35,310 nt of DNA, taken from a virus. Taxonomy: Duplodnaviria > Caudoviricetes. Where the stretch lies: the IMG/VR virus record IMGVR_UViG_3300049594_000559, positions 1-35,310 of that record. One strand, given 5' to 3'. Made by a program: the position numbers and the translations under genes. The notes under the pieces are model-generated. The model worked only from the letters and a program-made list of their open reading frames with translations, searched no databases and was not told where the DNA came from. Shown piece by piece: positions 10,039 through 19,489 of this stretch. How positions within the stretch are numbered: the stretch's first letter is position 1; every line of letters begins with the position of its first letter.

Positions 10039-11616
10039 ATGACAACTGGAGACGTCGGACCTTATCGAATGCAGTTCACTAACTCACGCGGAGTCACTCG
10101 CGACATTCCGGGACTGGATGATCTGGACGATATGTTCAAGGTCAAATCGATCCAAAAGAAGTTCCGTGACTCTTGGACGAGACCACTCACCGATCAATGG
10201 GAAGTAAACACCAGCGGCGGCTCAACGGCCAGCGTGTCGGCCGGTGTATTGACTATCTCCTCGGGAACGACCGCAGGCGGATTCGTCGAACTACTTTCGA
10301 AAGAAACGTTCACAATTCCTTTCCGTGCAATGATTGCAGTGCTGTCGGGTGCAACACGCCAAGCCAACACGCACCACATTATCGAAGCAATATCCGTGGA
10401 TCCAATCACGGGAATACCGGATGGCAAACAGAGTCTCAACGTCGATATCGGTGGCGCTGCAAGCATGACCGTAACTCAGATGGTCTATAGCGTGCAGAAT
10501 GGAGGCCTAGCCCCCATAGCTTCGGCAGTCTCGACGATCGTCACAACGGCCGCTTACTCGATCCTGGAGCTTGAACCCTTTTCCGATGAGTGCTATTTCC
10601 ACTCCCGAGTGATGGATTCGACGGGTGGGCGTTCGAACTCGTACGTGCGTCACCAACAGATTCCGGATCCTACAGCAACTTACAAGATTCGAATCCGATC
10701 CATGAACCATCAAGCATTTCGAGGCGTGACGAATGCAATCGCTGGTCCTGGGAATGTCATTCGACTTACCTCTACAGCCCATGGCTATACGGGCACACCG
10801 ACAATCTGGGTTGACCATCTGGGCGGAGTCACCAACAACGGAATGACTTTGCGTGGCAATTATTCCGCCACCGTGATCGATGCTAACACTCTTGATCTGA
10901 ACGGAACCATCTTCGGAGGTGCTTATATTGCCGGTTCGGGACAAATCGCGCTCGCGGCAGCACCTGCGGCGAACATCAACTTTCAATCCCAATTCATCAA
11001 TTGCCAAGACTATGCGGAACTGACAGCCGAAATCACCGCAGGCCGAGGCCAAACGGTCATTGGTCAGGGGCTTGGAGTTATATTAACCGGGGCAACCGCA
11101 GCCACAACCAACATCGGAACCGTAACGGCCAACGTGGCTGGCCAAGCGGCCCACGACGCCGTGATCAGCGGTAACCCCGTCCGTATGGCGGCTCGTGCTC
11201 TCACGGCAGCGTACGCAAGCGTCGCTACTGGAGACGTGGCAGACTTGGTTTCGACCTTGCAAGGTGTTTTGGTCACTCGTCCATGGCAGATACCAGAACT
11301 CGAATGGTCCAGTGTCGCAGCGGCCGGTGGAGTCATTAATACGACCGATGTTGTGCTCGCGCCAGCAGCCGGGGCAGGACTGCGGCGCTACATCTGCTCC
11401 CTGCAACTCTCCAACAATTCTGCGGTCGCAACCGAAATTGTTCTCAAAGATGGCGCTGCGATCATCTGGCGTGGTCATTTGCCAGCCAATGCACCAATGT
11501 CTGAAATCATCTTTGAGAATCCACTCAAAACAACCGCGAATACGGCACTGAACTTTGCGTGTATCGCCACCGGTGCTGCCATTTACGTCAACGCTCAAGG
11601 ATTCACAGCCCCATAA
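10039..11616 (+). CDS. Hypothetical beta-rich virion protein
   Basis: 525 aa, Thr/Ala/Gly-rich, with a 'RLTSTAHGY...NYSATVIDANTLDL' module seen in phage structural proteins. Confidence 0.6.
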   Translation: MTTGDVGPYRMQFTNSRGVTRDIPGLDDLDDMFKVKSIQKKFRDSWTRPLTDQWEVNTSGGSTASVSAGVLTISSGTTAGGFVELLSKETFTIPFRAMIAVLSGATRQANTHHIIEAISVDPITGIPDGKQSLNVDIGGAASMTVTQMVYSVQNGGLAPIASAVSTIVTTAAYSILELEPFSDECYFHSRVMDSTGGRSNSYVRHQQIPDPTATYKIRIRSMNHQAFRGVTNAIAGPGNVIRLTSTAHGYTGTPTIWVDHLGGVTNNGMTLRGNYSATVIDANTLDLNGTIFGGAYIAGSGQIALAAAPAANINFQSQFINCQDYAELTAEITAGRGQTVIGQGLGVILTGATAATTNIGTVTANVAGQAAHDAVISGNPVRMAARALTAAYASVATGDVADLVSTLQGVLVTRPWQIPELEWSSVAAAGGVINTTDVVLAPAAGAGLRRYICSLQLSNNSAVATEIVLKDGAAIIWRGHLPANAPMSEIIFENPLKTTANTALNFACIATGAAIYVNAQGFTAP

Positions 11617-11619
11617 CCC

Positions 11620-12012
11620 ATGATCGATGTCAAAGTCACCACGAAAAAATCGTTCGACAGGGTCAAAGCGAAAGCGCAACAAGGCAACTTTAAAAGCCTT
11701 GGGCATGCAGCTGCATCGATTCGTTTGATGGCTCGGCGGTCGATCCGTCGACGCCAAACGGCAGCGATGCCTGGCACACCACCTAACACACGTCGCGGCC
11801 AACTGAAACGCTCCATCGTGTACGCCGTGGATAAGCAGCGAGGTGTGGCTTTGATCGGCCCCGACTTCGATGTCGTCGGTGTTGCCGGCAAAGCCCATGA
11901 GTTCGGAGGTCGATTTCGGCGAGAACGTTATCCCAAACGGCCATTCATGGGACCAGCACTGGAAAAAGTCAAAGATCGCTTACCCCCGCTGTGGGCTAAC
12001 AGCGTTCGTTAA
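11620..12012 (+). CDS. Tail completion / virion morphogenesis protein
   Basis: Basic 130 aa protein with GQLKRSI, HEFGG and PKRPFMGPAL motifs. Confidence 0.75.
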   Translation: MIDVKVTTKKSFDRVKAKAQQGNFKSLGHAAASIRLMARRSIRRRQTAAMPGTPPNTRRGQLKRSIVYAVDKQRGVALIGPDFDVVGVAGKAHEFGGRFRRERYPKRPFMGPALEKVKDRLPPLWANSVR

Positions 12013-12024
12013 GGAGTACGAAAT

Positions 12025-12474
12025 ATGCCAGCCAAACTAGGCCTTGATGCAAAGCTCTATCGAAACACCGGTGTGTTTGCGACTCCGGTCTGGGATCTCG
12101 TCGGCAACGTCCGCGATCTAACTCTTAGCTTAGAAGCCGGAGAAGCGGATGTCTCGACGAGAAGCAATAACGGCTGGCGAGCAACCGTGGGAACCCTCAA
12201 AGACGCTTCGCTTGAATTCGAAATGGTCTGGGACACGGCCGACGCTGATTTCACCGCAATTCGCGATGCCTTTTTGAATAACGCGAACATTGAATTCGCC
12301 GTGATGGATGGACTCATAACGGGTGCTGGCAGCAGCGGTTCGCAAGGCCTGCGAGCTACTTTCCGCATCGCTAGCTTCTCACGTAATGAAGCCCTCGAAG
12401 AAGCCATCACCGTGTCAGTCGCTGCCAAGCCAACTTTTGCAGCTAATCCTCCGAGCTGGATGACGGTTGCCTAA
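12025..12474 (+). CDS. Tail tube (major tail) protein
   Basis: SD AAGGAG; 149 aa; EADVSTRSNNGWR..GTLKDAS pattern; lies before the chaperones. Confidence 0.8.
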   Translation: MPAKLGLDAKLYRNTGVFATPVWDLVGNVRDLTLSLEAGEADVSTRSNNGWRATVGTLKDASLEFEMVWDTADADFTAIRDAFLNNANIEFAVMDGLITGAGSSGSQGLRATFRIASFSRNEALEEAITVSVAAKPTFAANPPSWMTVA

Positions 12475-12515
12475 CGCTTGATTCATCTTGTCTACCTTTG
12501 GAAGGAATTTAGAAA

Positions 12516-13010
12516 ATGCACAGTTTTGTAGACAACTCCCAACGCACCTGGGAAGTTGCCATCAATGTCGCGGCCGTCAAACGTATCCGAGGTTTGTTGG
12601 GTATCGATCTATATTCACTGGTCGACGATGGGTTTAAGTCTCTCTCGAAACTCGTCTCCGATCCGGTCAAATTAGCCGATGTTCTTTATTGCTTGTGCAA
12701 AGACCAAGCCGACAAGCAATCGATTACCGACGAGGAATTCGGTCGAGCACTGGCAGGTGATGCAATCACCCTGGCAGCCGATGCCTTTGTTGAGGAACTG
12801 ATCGATTTTTTCCCCGATGCTCGCGCGAGAACCAGTCTTCGCAAGGCGATCGAAGCGGGCAAGAACGTCAGGGACAAAGTGCTCAGCCACGCGGAGAAGA
12901 TCATCGATTCGATCGACCCCGAAACCGAAGCGAAGAAGTGGATCAACTCGTCTGGCACTTGGCCGGAGTCCTCGGCTGTGATCCAGGCCCCTTCAGCCTC
13001 CGAGAGCTGA
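12516..13010 (+). CDS. Tail assembly chaperone (G-like)
   Basis: Position between tail tube and tape measure genes. Confidence 0.7.
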   Translation: MHSFVDNSQRTWEVAINVAAVKRIRGLLGIDLYSLVDDGFKSLSKLVSDPVKLADVLYCLCKDQADKQSITDEEFGRALAGDAITLAADAFVEELIDFFPDARARTSLRKAIEAGKNVRDKVLSHAEKIIDSIDPETEAKKWINSSGTWPESSAVIQAPSASES

Positions 13011-13225
13011 TCGCAATGGGCGAAGCCCGAAGCCAGATGCTGTGGAGCCACACTTCATCAGTACTGGCCATGCTCGCCAATATTCATCGCGACGCCAAGC
13101 GATCCAAGATCTACCACCCGTCGGATTTCAATCCACACGCCAAGAAACGAGTCCCACCACGAACCATGGTAGGGATCGAAGCCCTCAAACATGTTTTCAT
13201 TGATCGAATGCAAGAGAAGCGGTAA
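12938..13225 (+). CDS. Tail assembly chaperone T-like ORF in the -1 frame
   Basis: Overlaps the G-like gene in the -1 frame and ends 2 nt before the tape measure start; FSLREL motif. Confidence 0.65.
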   Translation: MDQLVWHLAGVLGCDPGPFSLRELIAMGEARSQMLWSHTSSVLAMLANIHRDAKRSKIYHPSDFNPHAKKRVPPRTMVGIEALKHVFIDRMQEKR

Positions 13226-13227
13226 CG

Positions 13228-15219
13228 ATGTCATCAAGCTCCAGTATCAAAGCCGGTTCAGCGTACATCGAGCTTTTCACCAAAGACTCTCGTTTGGTGA
13301 AGGGGCTCAATGACGCTGCCAAACGGCTGGATACCTTTGGCAAAAGTCTCCAAGGTATCGGCACAAAAATGGCGATGCTCGGGGCTGGTATTGTCGCCCC
13401 ATTGGCGGGTGCAGCCAAGCTCTTTGCGGACATGGGAAGCGACATGGTCGATATGAGCCAACGTACTGGCGTATCCGTCGAAGCACTCTCGGAACTTGGT
13501 TTTGCGGCTGAGCAATCTGGAGCCGACTTAGGGACGCTCGAAGGATCACTCAAGAAGATGCAGAAAATGCTCTTCGAAGCCGCGTCTGGCTCACAGTCTG
13601 CCCAGGAAACACTTGCCTCCCTGGGGCTGAGCGTTGAGCAGCTCTCCAAGTTATCCCCTGACGAGCAGTTCAAACTCATCGCCGATCGGATGTCGCAAAT
13701 CACCGATCCGACGCTCAAGACAGCCACGGCCATGGCAATCTTCGGCAAGTCGGGAACGCAGCTTCTGCCAATGCTTTCGAGCGGTGCCAAAGGAATCGAG
13801 GAGCTGCAACAGCAAGCTCGCGACCTAGGGCTAACGATGGCCACCGAGGATGCCCAAGCAGCCGAAGCCTTTGGCGATCGCATCGATGTTCTGTGGAAAG
13901 TTCTCAAGAAGATCGTCTTCACCATCGGTTCGGCGGTCGAGCCTGTTCTTTCGGCGATGATCGAATCAACGGTGAAATTGGTTGTGATGATCGGCGACTG
14001 GATCAAAAACAACAAAGCCCTGATCGTCACTGTATTCAAAATCGGATTGGCAATTGCCGCCGGTGGCGCAGCGATCGTTGCCTTGGGTACAGCTGTTGCT
14101 GGTATCGGAGCCGTCCTTGGCGCAGCAGCCACGATTCTCACGGGTATTGGCACCGTGTTTACGTTTTTAGTGACTGCCATCGCAGCACTGATATCTCCCA
14201 TTGGGCTGACGATTGCTGGGCTTTCAGCCTTGGTCGCCTACTTTGTTTACACCAGTGGCGCAGGCTCACGGGCGATGCAATGGCTCGGCGAACGTTTTGG
14301 TGAACTCAAGGACACCGCACTGGCTGCCTGGCAAGGCATTGGCGATGCCTTAGCCGCCGGCGACATTGCGCTCGCGGGCAAAATCCTCTGGCTGACACTG
14401 AAGATGGAATGGCATCGCGGGGTGGCATTCTTGCAGTCGAAATGGCTGGACTTCAAGGGATTTTTTATCGGTATCTTTCAAACTGCAGTCTACAGCGTCG
14501 CTGGTTTGATGACCGACGCGTGGGCTGGCTTGCAAACCGGCTGGCTCGAAACCACCCATTTCATCGCCGACAGCTGGACGATTCTCATCAGTCTTTTACA
14601 GAAGGGCTGGAATCGCTTCAGCGGATTTTTCCAGAAGGTCTGGGCCCGCATTCAGGGTCTTTTCGGCGATACGAATGCGGAGGCCGAGATCGCCAAGATC
14701 AACGATGAGATCGCGCGGCAAGATGACTTGATTAACAACTCACAAAATCAAACGATTTTCGACCGAGAGCAACAGCGACTGAAGGCTCGCAACAAAATCG
14801 AACAAGATCGACTCGGTGCTCAGTCCGCACTCGGAGACATGCAAGCCCAGGAACAGTCCGCTCTGGAGGCAGCCAATCAAAAAACGCTCGCAGACTCCGC
14901 CGCTGAACTTGATAAAGCCAAAGCGGAATGGAAAGCGGCGTTAGGCAAAGCGGCAGCCAAACGCGCGGAAACCTCGCCAGGCTCACCGAGCCAATTCTCA
15001 TTATCGGGGCTCGATCTCCCGAGCGTCGACGGTCTGGATCAAACGCTGGCTGAGACCAAGAAGAAAACGGATGTCGTTGGAACCTTCAACCCCATCGCGG
15101 CGATGAATCTCGGAGCTGACTCTCTCGGTGAACGAACAGCGCGGGCCAGCGAAGAAGTCGCAGCCAATACCAAGAAACTCGTGCAGCAAGCCGACCGAGG
15201 TGGCTTGGTCTTTGGATAG
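13228..15219 (+). CDS. Tape measure protein
   Basis: 663 aa, helical Ala/Gly-rich, AMAIFGKSG..LLPML motif, hydrophobic middle segment and periodic Trp/Phe. Confidence 0.92.
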   Translation: MSSSSSIKAGSAYIELFTKDSRLVKGLNDAAKRLDTFGKSLQGIGTKMAMLGAGIVAPLAGAAKLFADMGSDMVDMSQRTGVSVEALSELGFAAEQSGADLGTLEGSLKKMQKMLFEAASGSQSAQETLASLGLSVEQLSKLSPDEQFKLIADRMSQITDPTLKTATAMAIFGKSGTQLLPMLSSGAKGIEELQQQARDLGLTMATEDAQAAEAFGDRIDVLWKVLKKIVFTIGSAVEPVLSAMIESTVKLVVMIGDWIKNNKALIVTVFKIGLAIAAGGAAIVALGTAVAGIGAVLGAAATILTGIGTVFTFLVTAIAALISPIGLTIAGLSALVAYFVYTSGAGSRAMQWLGERFGELKDTALAAWQGIGDALAAGDIALAGKILWLTLKMEWHRGVAFLQSKWLDFKGFFIGIFQTAVYSVAGLMTDAWAGLQTGWLETTHFIADSWTILISLLQKGWNRFSGFFQKVWARIQGLFGDTNAEAEIAKINDEIARQDDLINNSQNQTIFDREQQRLKARNKIEQDRLGAQSALGDMQAQEQSALEAANQKTLADSAAELDKAKAEWKAALGKAAAKRAETSPGSPSQFSLSGLDLPSVDGLDQTLAETKKKTDVVGTFNPIAAMNLGADSLGERTARASEEVAANTKKLVQQADRGGLVFG

Positions 15220-15230
15220 GAGATAACCGA

Positions 15231-16022
15231 ATGCCCGATCCTATCATCGTCGAACGCTTTGATTCCAAAGAGGCGAGCGAGAGCAAAGACAATCCAACCC
15301 ATGATCTGATCTACATGATCATGAATACCGAGGACTACTCGGTGGCCAAGGGCTTGCTGGCATCGACTATTCCTCCCCAAGTCGGCGATCTGTTCCTTGA
15401 TGATTACCACATCGTGCATTTGGGTAACGGTGTTTGGGAAGGAACGGCCCGTTACGTCAAATGGAAGAGCGAATCGCAATACTCGTTCGATACCGGCGGT
15501 GGCACTCAGCATATCTCCCAGAGCCTAGCCAATGTTGGCAAGTACGCCGCAGCGGGATTTGCTGCGCCAGATTTCTATGGCGCGATTGGCGTAACGGATG
15601 ATCGTGTCGAAGGTACCGATATTACGGTACCGGTTTTCAATTTCACCGAAACACATTACATCGCCAAAACTCTGGTCACCGGTGCATACAAACTCGCTTT
15701 GTTCAATCTTACGGGCAAAGTGAATGGTTCGGGTTTCAAGGGATTCGCCAAAGGTGAGGTGCTATTTCTGGGTGCTAGTGGTTCGAAGCGTGGACTCGAC
15801 GATTGGGAGATCACATTCCGATTTGCGGCCAGTCCTAACGTTGCAGGTCTGTCGCTTGGAAGTATTGCGGGAATTACCAAAGAGGGATGGCATTACCTGT
15901 GGGTGCGATTTATTGACGATGAGGATGCAACCGCCAAAGCACTTATCAAACGACCGGTGGCGGCCTACGTCGAACAGGTTTATCCGTACGGGGACTTCAG
16001 TGGCCTAGGGATCGGAGTGTGA
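15231..16022 (+). CDS. Minor tail protein (distal tail or hub, putative)
   Basis: Directly after the tape measure gene; SD AGGAG. Confidence 0.55.
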   Translation: MPDPIIVERFDSKEASESKDNPTHDLIYMIMNTEDYSVAKGLLASTIPPQVGDLFLDDYHIVHLGNGVWEGTARYVKWKSESQYSFDTGGGTQHISQSLANVGKYAAAGFAAPDFYGAIGVTDDRVEGTDITVPVFNFTETHYIAKTLVTGAYKLALFNLTGKVNGSGFKGFAKGEVLFLGASGSKRGLDDWEITFRFAASPNVAGLSLGSIAGITKEGWHYLWVRFIDDEDATAKALIKRPVAAYVEQVYPYGDFSGLGIGV

Positions 16023-16025
16023 ACC

Positions 16026-16697
16026 GTGGGTGACCAATTCCGCAAAGTACTACCGGGAGAGCCTTTGAAAATCCCAGCCGAGGCCTGGAATGCACTCATC
16101 GATCTATCCCAAGAACAAAAGAACCAACGTCATGACCAGTTTTCCCAGGCCGAGGGAATCTCGCGGCAAACAACACTTGCCAAAGTGCGCAATCAAACCG
16201 GGTCTGACCTCGATCGCTTTTCAATCGTTGCACTTGGTGCACCCATCATCACACCCACGGCCAATCTAATCGAATTCAAACGTCAAGTTAGTTTCCAAGG
16301 TCTGGTACCGAGCGCCGACACAGGATCACGATTTGGTGTGCTACTGGAGCCGCTGAAAAACAACCTCATCGGAACTGCCGCCATTGGTGGTTGTGTTATC
16401 ACGCGGGTGTCTGTTGGCTCCGTTGTGTACAACGCAGCCGAAACGATGGTCGGACAGAACGGCTACTTACGCAGCGTTCCTCATGGACCAGTTTCGGTGC
16501 TCTGGATCGAATCATCCGGTGCCGTGAGGTGGGCAGTGATTCGTTTCGATGACGCCAATTACGAAGAGATCGTTTTCATCACCAGCAACATCCCCGATAG
16601 CAATGGTTATTACCCGGGGGTGGTGCAGAAGTTTGATGTCATGACCAAATCCTGGGGAAGTGTCTTCGACTGCAAGGTGGTGGATGCCAACAAATGA
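16026..16697 (+). CDS. Hypothetical minor tail protein
   Basis: Tightly coupled ORF within the tail module. Confidence 0.55.
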   Translation: MGDQFRKVLPGEPLKIPAEAWNALIDLSQEQKNQRHDQFSQAEGISRQTTLAKVRNQTGSDLDRFSIVALGAPIITPTANLIEFKRQVSFQGLVPSADTGSRFGVLLEPLKNNLIGTAAIGGCVITRVSVGSVVYNAAETMVGQNGYLRSVPHGPVSVLWIESSGAVRWAVIRFDDANYEEIVFITSNIPDSNGYYPGVVQKFDVMTKSWGSVFDCKVVDANK

Positions 16698-17638
16698 CCC
16701 TGTATCAACGTCGCTACATCGCAACTTCCGTAACTGGGCCGGTCGAAGGCTTGCCGGCGTATGCGGCCACTTGTGCGCAACAACGCTCGGGGCAAGGCCC
16801 CAAACGCCAGCTTGGACATTTCCTCGGAATGGTTGATGGAGAACCACTGTATGCCGTATCCAGCTGTGAGTTTCCTCAAATGGGTCGTTACCTCATGCAT
16901 TATGTGGGGATTGACGTTCTTCCTATCTACGTCATCGTTTGTTGTGAACCATCCTCGAGTGGCTCGTCGGGCAGCAGTGGATCATCGGGCTCGTCAGGTT
17001 CATCGGGCTCCTCGGGATCAAGTGGCTCATCGGGTTCATCAGGCTCAAGCGGTTCCTCGGGATCGAGCGGCAGCAGCGGATCGTCCGGTTCAAGCTCTGG
17101 AAGCGGATCCGGATCCAGTGGAAACTCCGGTTCCTCCGGACCAAGCGGTAGTTCCGGGACCAGCGGATCTGTCGGCTCAAGTGGCTCGTCGGGAAGCATT
17201 GGTTCAGCCTCAAGCGGCTCTGCGGGCAGTTCGGGGTCGAGTAACAGTTCGGGATCTTCCGGGTCGGTTGGGACTTCTGGTAGCTCGAGTTCCTCAGGCT
17301 CTTCTGGCATATCAGGCACTACCGGTTCGTCTGCTTCCAGTGGTGGCTCCTCGGGAGGTTCCAGCGGCGTTGGTTCTTCAGGCTCGGTTGGTTCATCAGG
17401 AAGTTCAAGCGGATCGGGATCGTCGGGCAGTAGCAACTCCGGTTCGTCGAGTGGTTGCTGTTGTCCATGCTATTACCAATGGATGGGCTTTGCATGGATG
17501 CCGGTCTCCGTTCCTGATCCATGCGCTACTGCACAGGGACCGATTCAACCCATCTGTGTTTGCGCCGGAAAGGAACCGACGCGTCCAGGTTCTTATTTCG
17601 GGGAAACCGTTTACACCGGCTGTCAGGAAATTCTGTGA
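16694..17638 (+). CDS. Gly-Ser-Ser repeat (collagen-like) protein with Cys-rich flanks, putative fibre
   Basis: ATGA overlap with the upstream gene; about 165 aa of (GSS)-type repeats between VCCEP and GCCCPC. Confidence 0.8.
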   Translation: MTLYQRRYIATSVTGPVEGLPAYAATCAQQRSGQGPKRQLGHFLGMVDGEPLYAVSSCEFPQMGRYLMHYVGIDVLPIYVIVCCEPSSSGSSGSSGSSGSSGSSGSSGSSGSSGSSGSSGSSGSSGSSGSSGSSSGSGSGSSGNSGSSGPSGSSGTSGSVGSSGSSGSIGSASSGSAGSSGSSNSSGSSGSVGTSGSSSSSGSSGISGTTGSSASSGGSSGGSSGVGSSGSVGSSGSSSGSGSSGSSNSGSSSGCCCPCYYQWMGFAWMPVSVPDPCATAQGPIQPICVCAGKEPTRPGSYFGETVYTGCQEIL

Positions 17639-18171
17639 TGAGTGAACCAATAGATTGTCCGCATAATGTCGATGGCTACTGCCAGGTTTCTACTGACTTG
17701 GCACAGATGCCAGTCCCCATTGCACGCGACGCGTGTGCTGCCTGCATTCTGCAAACTCATCCGCGTACTAAGAACTCTGTAACATGCAGTAAAGCCATTC
17801 AGTATCGATCCTACGTTGGAATGCTCCCCACCGAAGAGTTGCTGGAGTGCGTGAAGCCACCGGCGCGAGGTGTTGGTACTGAAATGGAATTCCTCATCGA
17901 GAGAACGAGGAGTTTTCTTCATTACATTGGGTTAGGTTGGCTTCTACCCCCACGAGCCCAATGCGGTTGCTCAGACATGCGAAGCTTCATGAATCAGCAA
18001 GGCATTTCGGGATGCCTCCGTAAGCGGCACCAAATTACCACAGAGATTCTCCAACGCTGGAGCAACCACTTGCCGGCCATTCGATTTGTTCCGCTCGCAC
18101 GCTTGTTGATTGGTTTCTATCTCAAGCTTGCCATGCGCCGGTTTCAAAAGAAGGAGATTGCCCATGGCTAA
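17638..18171 (+). CDS. Cys-rich hypothetical protein
   Basis: TGATG coupling gives MSEPIDCPHN...; CxxC and CGC motifs. Confidence 0.7.
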   Translation: MSEPIDCPHNVDGYCQVSTDLAQMPVPIARDACAACILQTHPRTKNSVTCSKAIQYRSYVGMLPTEELLECVKPPARGVGTEMEFLIERTRSFLHYIGLGWLLPPRAQCGCSDMRSFMNQQGISGCLRKRHQITTEILQRWSNHLPAIRFVPLARLLIGFYLKLAMRRFQKKEIAHG

Positions 18172-19471
18172 TTGCAATCAAGCAACCCCGGACATCACTC
18201 CCGAAGCGATAATAGATCTGATCGCGCAGTGTCCACCAGGGCCATGGCCCAGCGGCTGGGGAAATTGGAGCAACACGATCGAAGCTCATCGCCGCTTGGT
18301 GGACACGTACGTTGACAATCTCAAGCCCAGTCGCGTGACCTATTCCCAAGACCGCGGCATCGTCATTGCCGGTGGAGGTCTAAAGTACTTTCCGAGCGTG
18401 TGGGTCAATGTGAATTTGCTACGTCATTTCGGTTGCACGCTCCCAATCCAGCTATGGTATCTGGGGGACAGCGAAATGGATCCGTACATGAAGCGACTTC
18501 TCGAACCTCTAGGTGTTGAGTGCATCGACGCTCGAGAGATCGAGAAACAGCAACCTTGCCGGATTCTCTGTGGTTGGGAGTTGAAACTCTACGCAACGCT
18601 CCACTCACCGTTCGCCCAGGTTCTATTCCTAGACGCCGACAATGGCGTCGTGTGCGATCCCACGTATCTGTTCGACTGCGAGGAGTACAAGCGTTATGGC
18701 GCGGTTTTCTGGCCCGACTACGCCTGCTGGACACTCAAGCCCGGTGTGTGGCGAGTCTTCGGAATGCCTGACATGGCAGAACCGGAGGTCTCCGAGCACG
18801 AACGTGCCTTCGAATCCGGTCAGTACCTTATCGACAAACGCCGTTGCGATCGAGAGCTGCGGTTGTCATTGTTCTACGCCGAGCATTCGGATTTCACGTT
18901 CCAGCACGTCTATGGCGACAAAGAGTGTTTTCACCTCGGCTGGCGTCGACTTGGGTCGGATTACGCGATGCCCAGCGCCGGCCCGGGCTGGAATGTCCAC
19001 ACGATTGTACAGTTCGATTTCCGTGGCCAGATCATTTTCCAGCATCGCTGCCAAGACAAATGGCGTTTTGGAGGCAACAGGTTCGTGGACTCGTTGGCCA
19101 ACGAGGAGTTGTGTTTCCGCTGGGTGGAAGAACTTGCGTCGAAATGGAGTGGCGTATTGTGGCGCAATGAAAGCCCCACGCCGAGCGAGCAACGGGCTAT
19201 CGATTCCATCCAGGGCCAGAAAGCTCTTTACAAACGCGTTGGTTACGATGAACGCGTGTTGTCTTTCGCGGCTGACCGTATGATCAGCGAGGGTGCAGCC
19301 GAATGTGAACGCTGTTGGCATATCAATCAGCTAGGGGACGAAACCGTCTTGACGCTTTCGCGTCTAGATCGCCCCACTTGCCATTTGCGTCAACGCAACC
19401 ATCACACCTGGACCGGTCATTGGCTCGAATATGAGCGAATGCCCATCGAACTTACGTTTCTCGATTCCTAA
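18164..19471 (+). CDS. GT71 (MNN2/MNN5 alpha-mannosyltransferase-like) glycosyltransferase
   Basis: Motifs RGIVIAGGG, KLYATLHSPF, VLFLDADN (DxD), FWPDY, FESGQYLIDK and YGDKECF occur in the order expected for the Mannosyl_trans3 family. Confidence 0.85.
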   Translation: MANCNQATPDITPEAIIDLIAQCPPGPWPSGWGNWSNTIEAHRRLVDTYVDNLKPSRVTYSQDRGIVIAGGGLKYFPSVWVNVNLLRHFGCTLPIQLWYLGDSEMDPYMKRLLEPLGVECIDAREIEKQQPCRILCGWELKLYATLHSPFAQVLFLDADNGVVCDPTYLFDCEEYKRYGAVFWPDYACWTLKPGVWRVFGMPDMAEPEVSEHERAFESGQYLIDKRRCDRELRLSLFYAEHSDFTFQHVYGDKECFHLGWRRLGSDYAMPSAGPGWNVHTIVQFDFRGQIIFQHRCQDKWRFGGNRFVDSLANEELCFRWVEELASKWSGVLWRNESPTPSEQRAIDSIQGQKALYKRVGYDERVLSFAADRMISEGAAECERCWHINQLGDETVLTLSRLDRPTCHLRQRNHHTWTGHWLEYERMPIELTFLDS

Positions 19472-19489
19472 CTTCACAAGGCGTTTGAT

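Noticed and set aside
16761-17645. Alternative-frame and antisense ORFs over the GSS repeat (Arg/Gln-rich; PEEPDE repeats)
   Set aside because: These are shadows of the low-complexity repeat; only the GSS frame is coupled to both neighbours.
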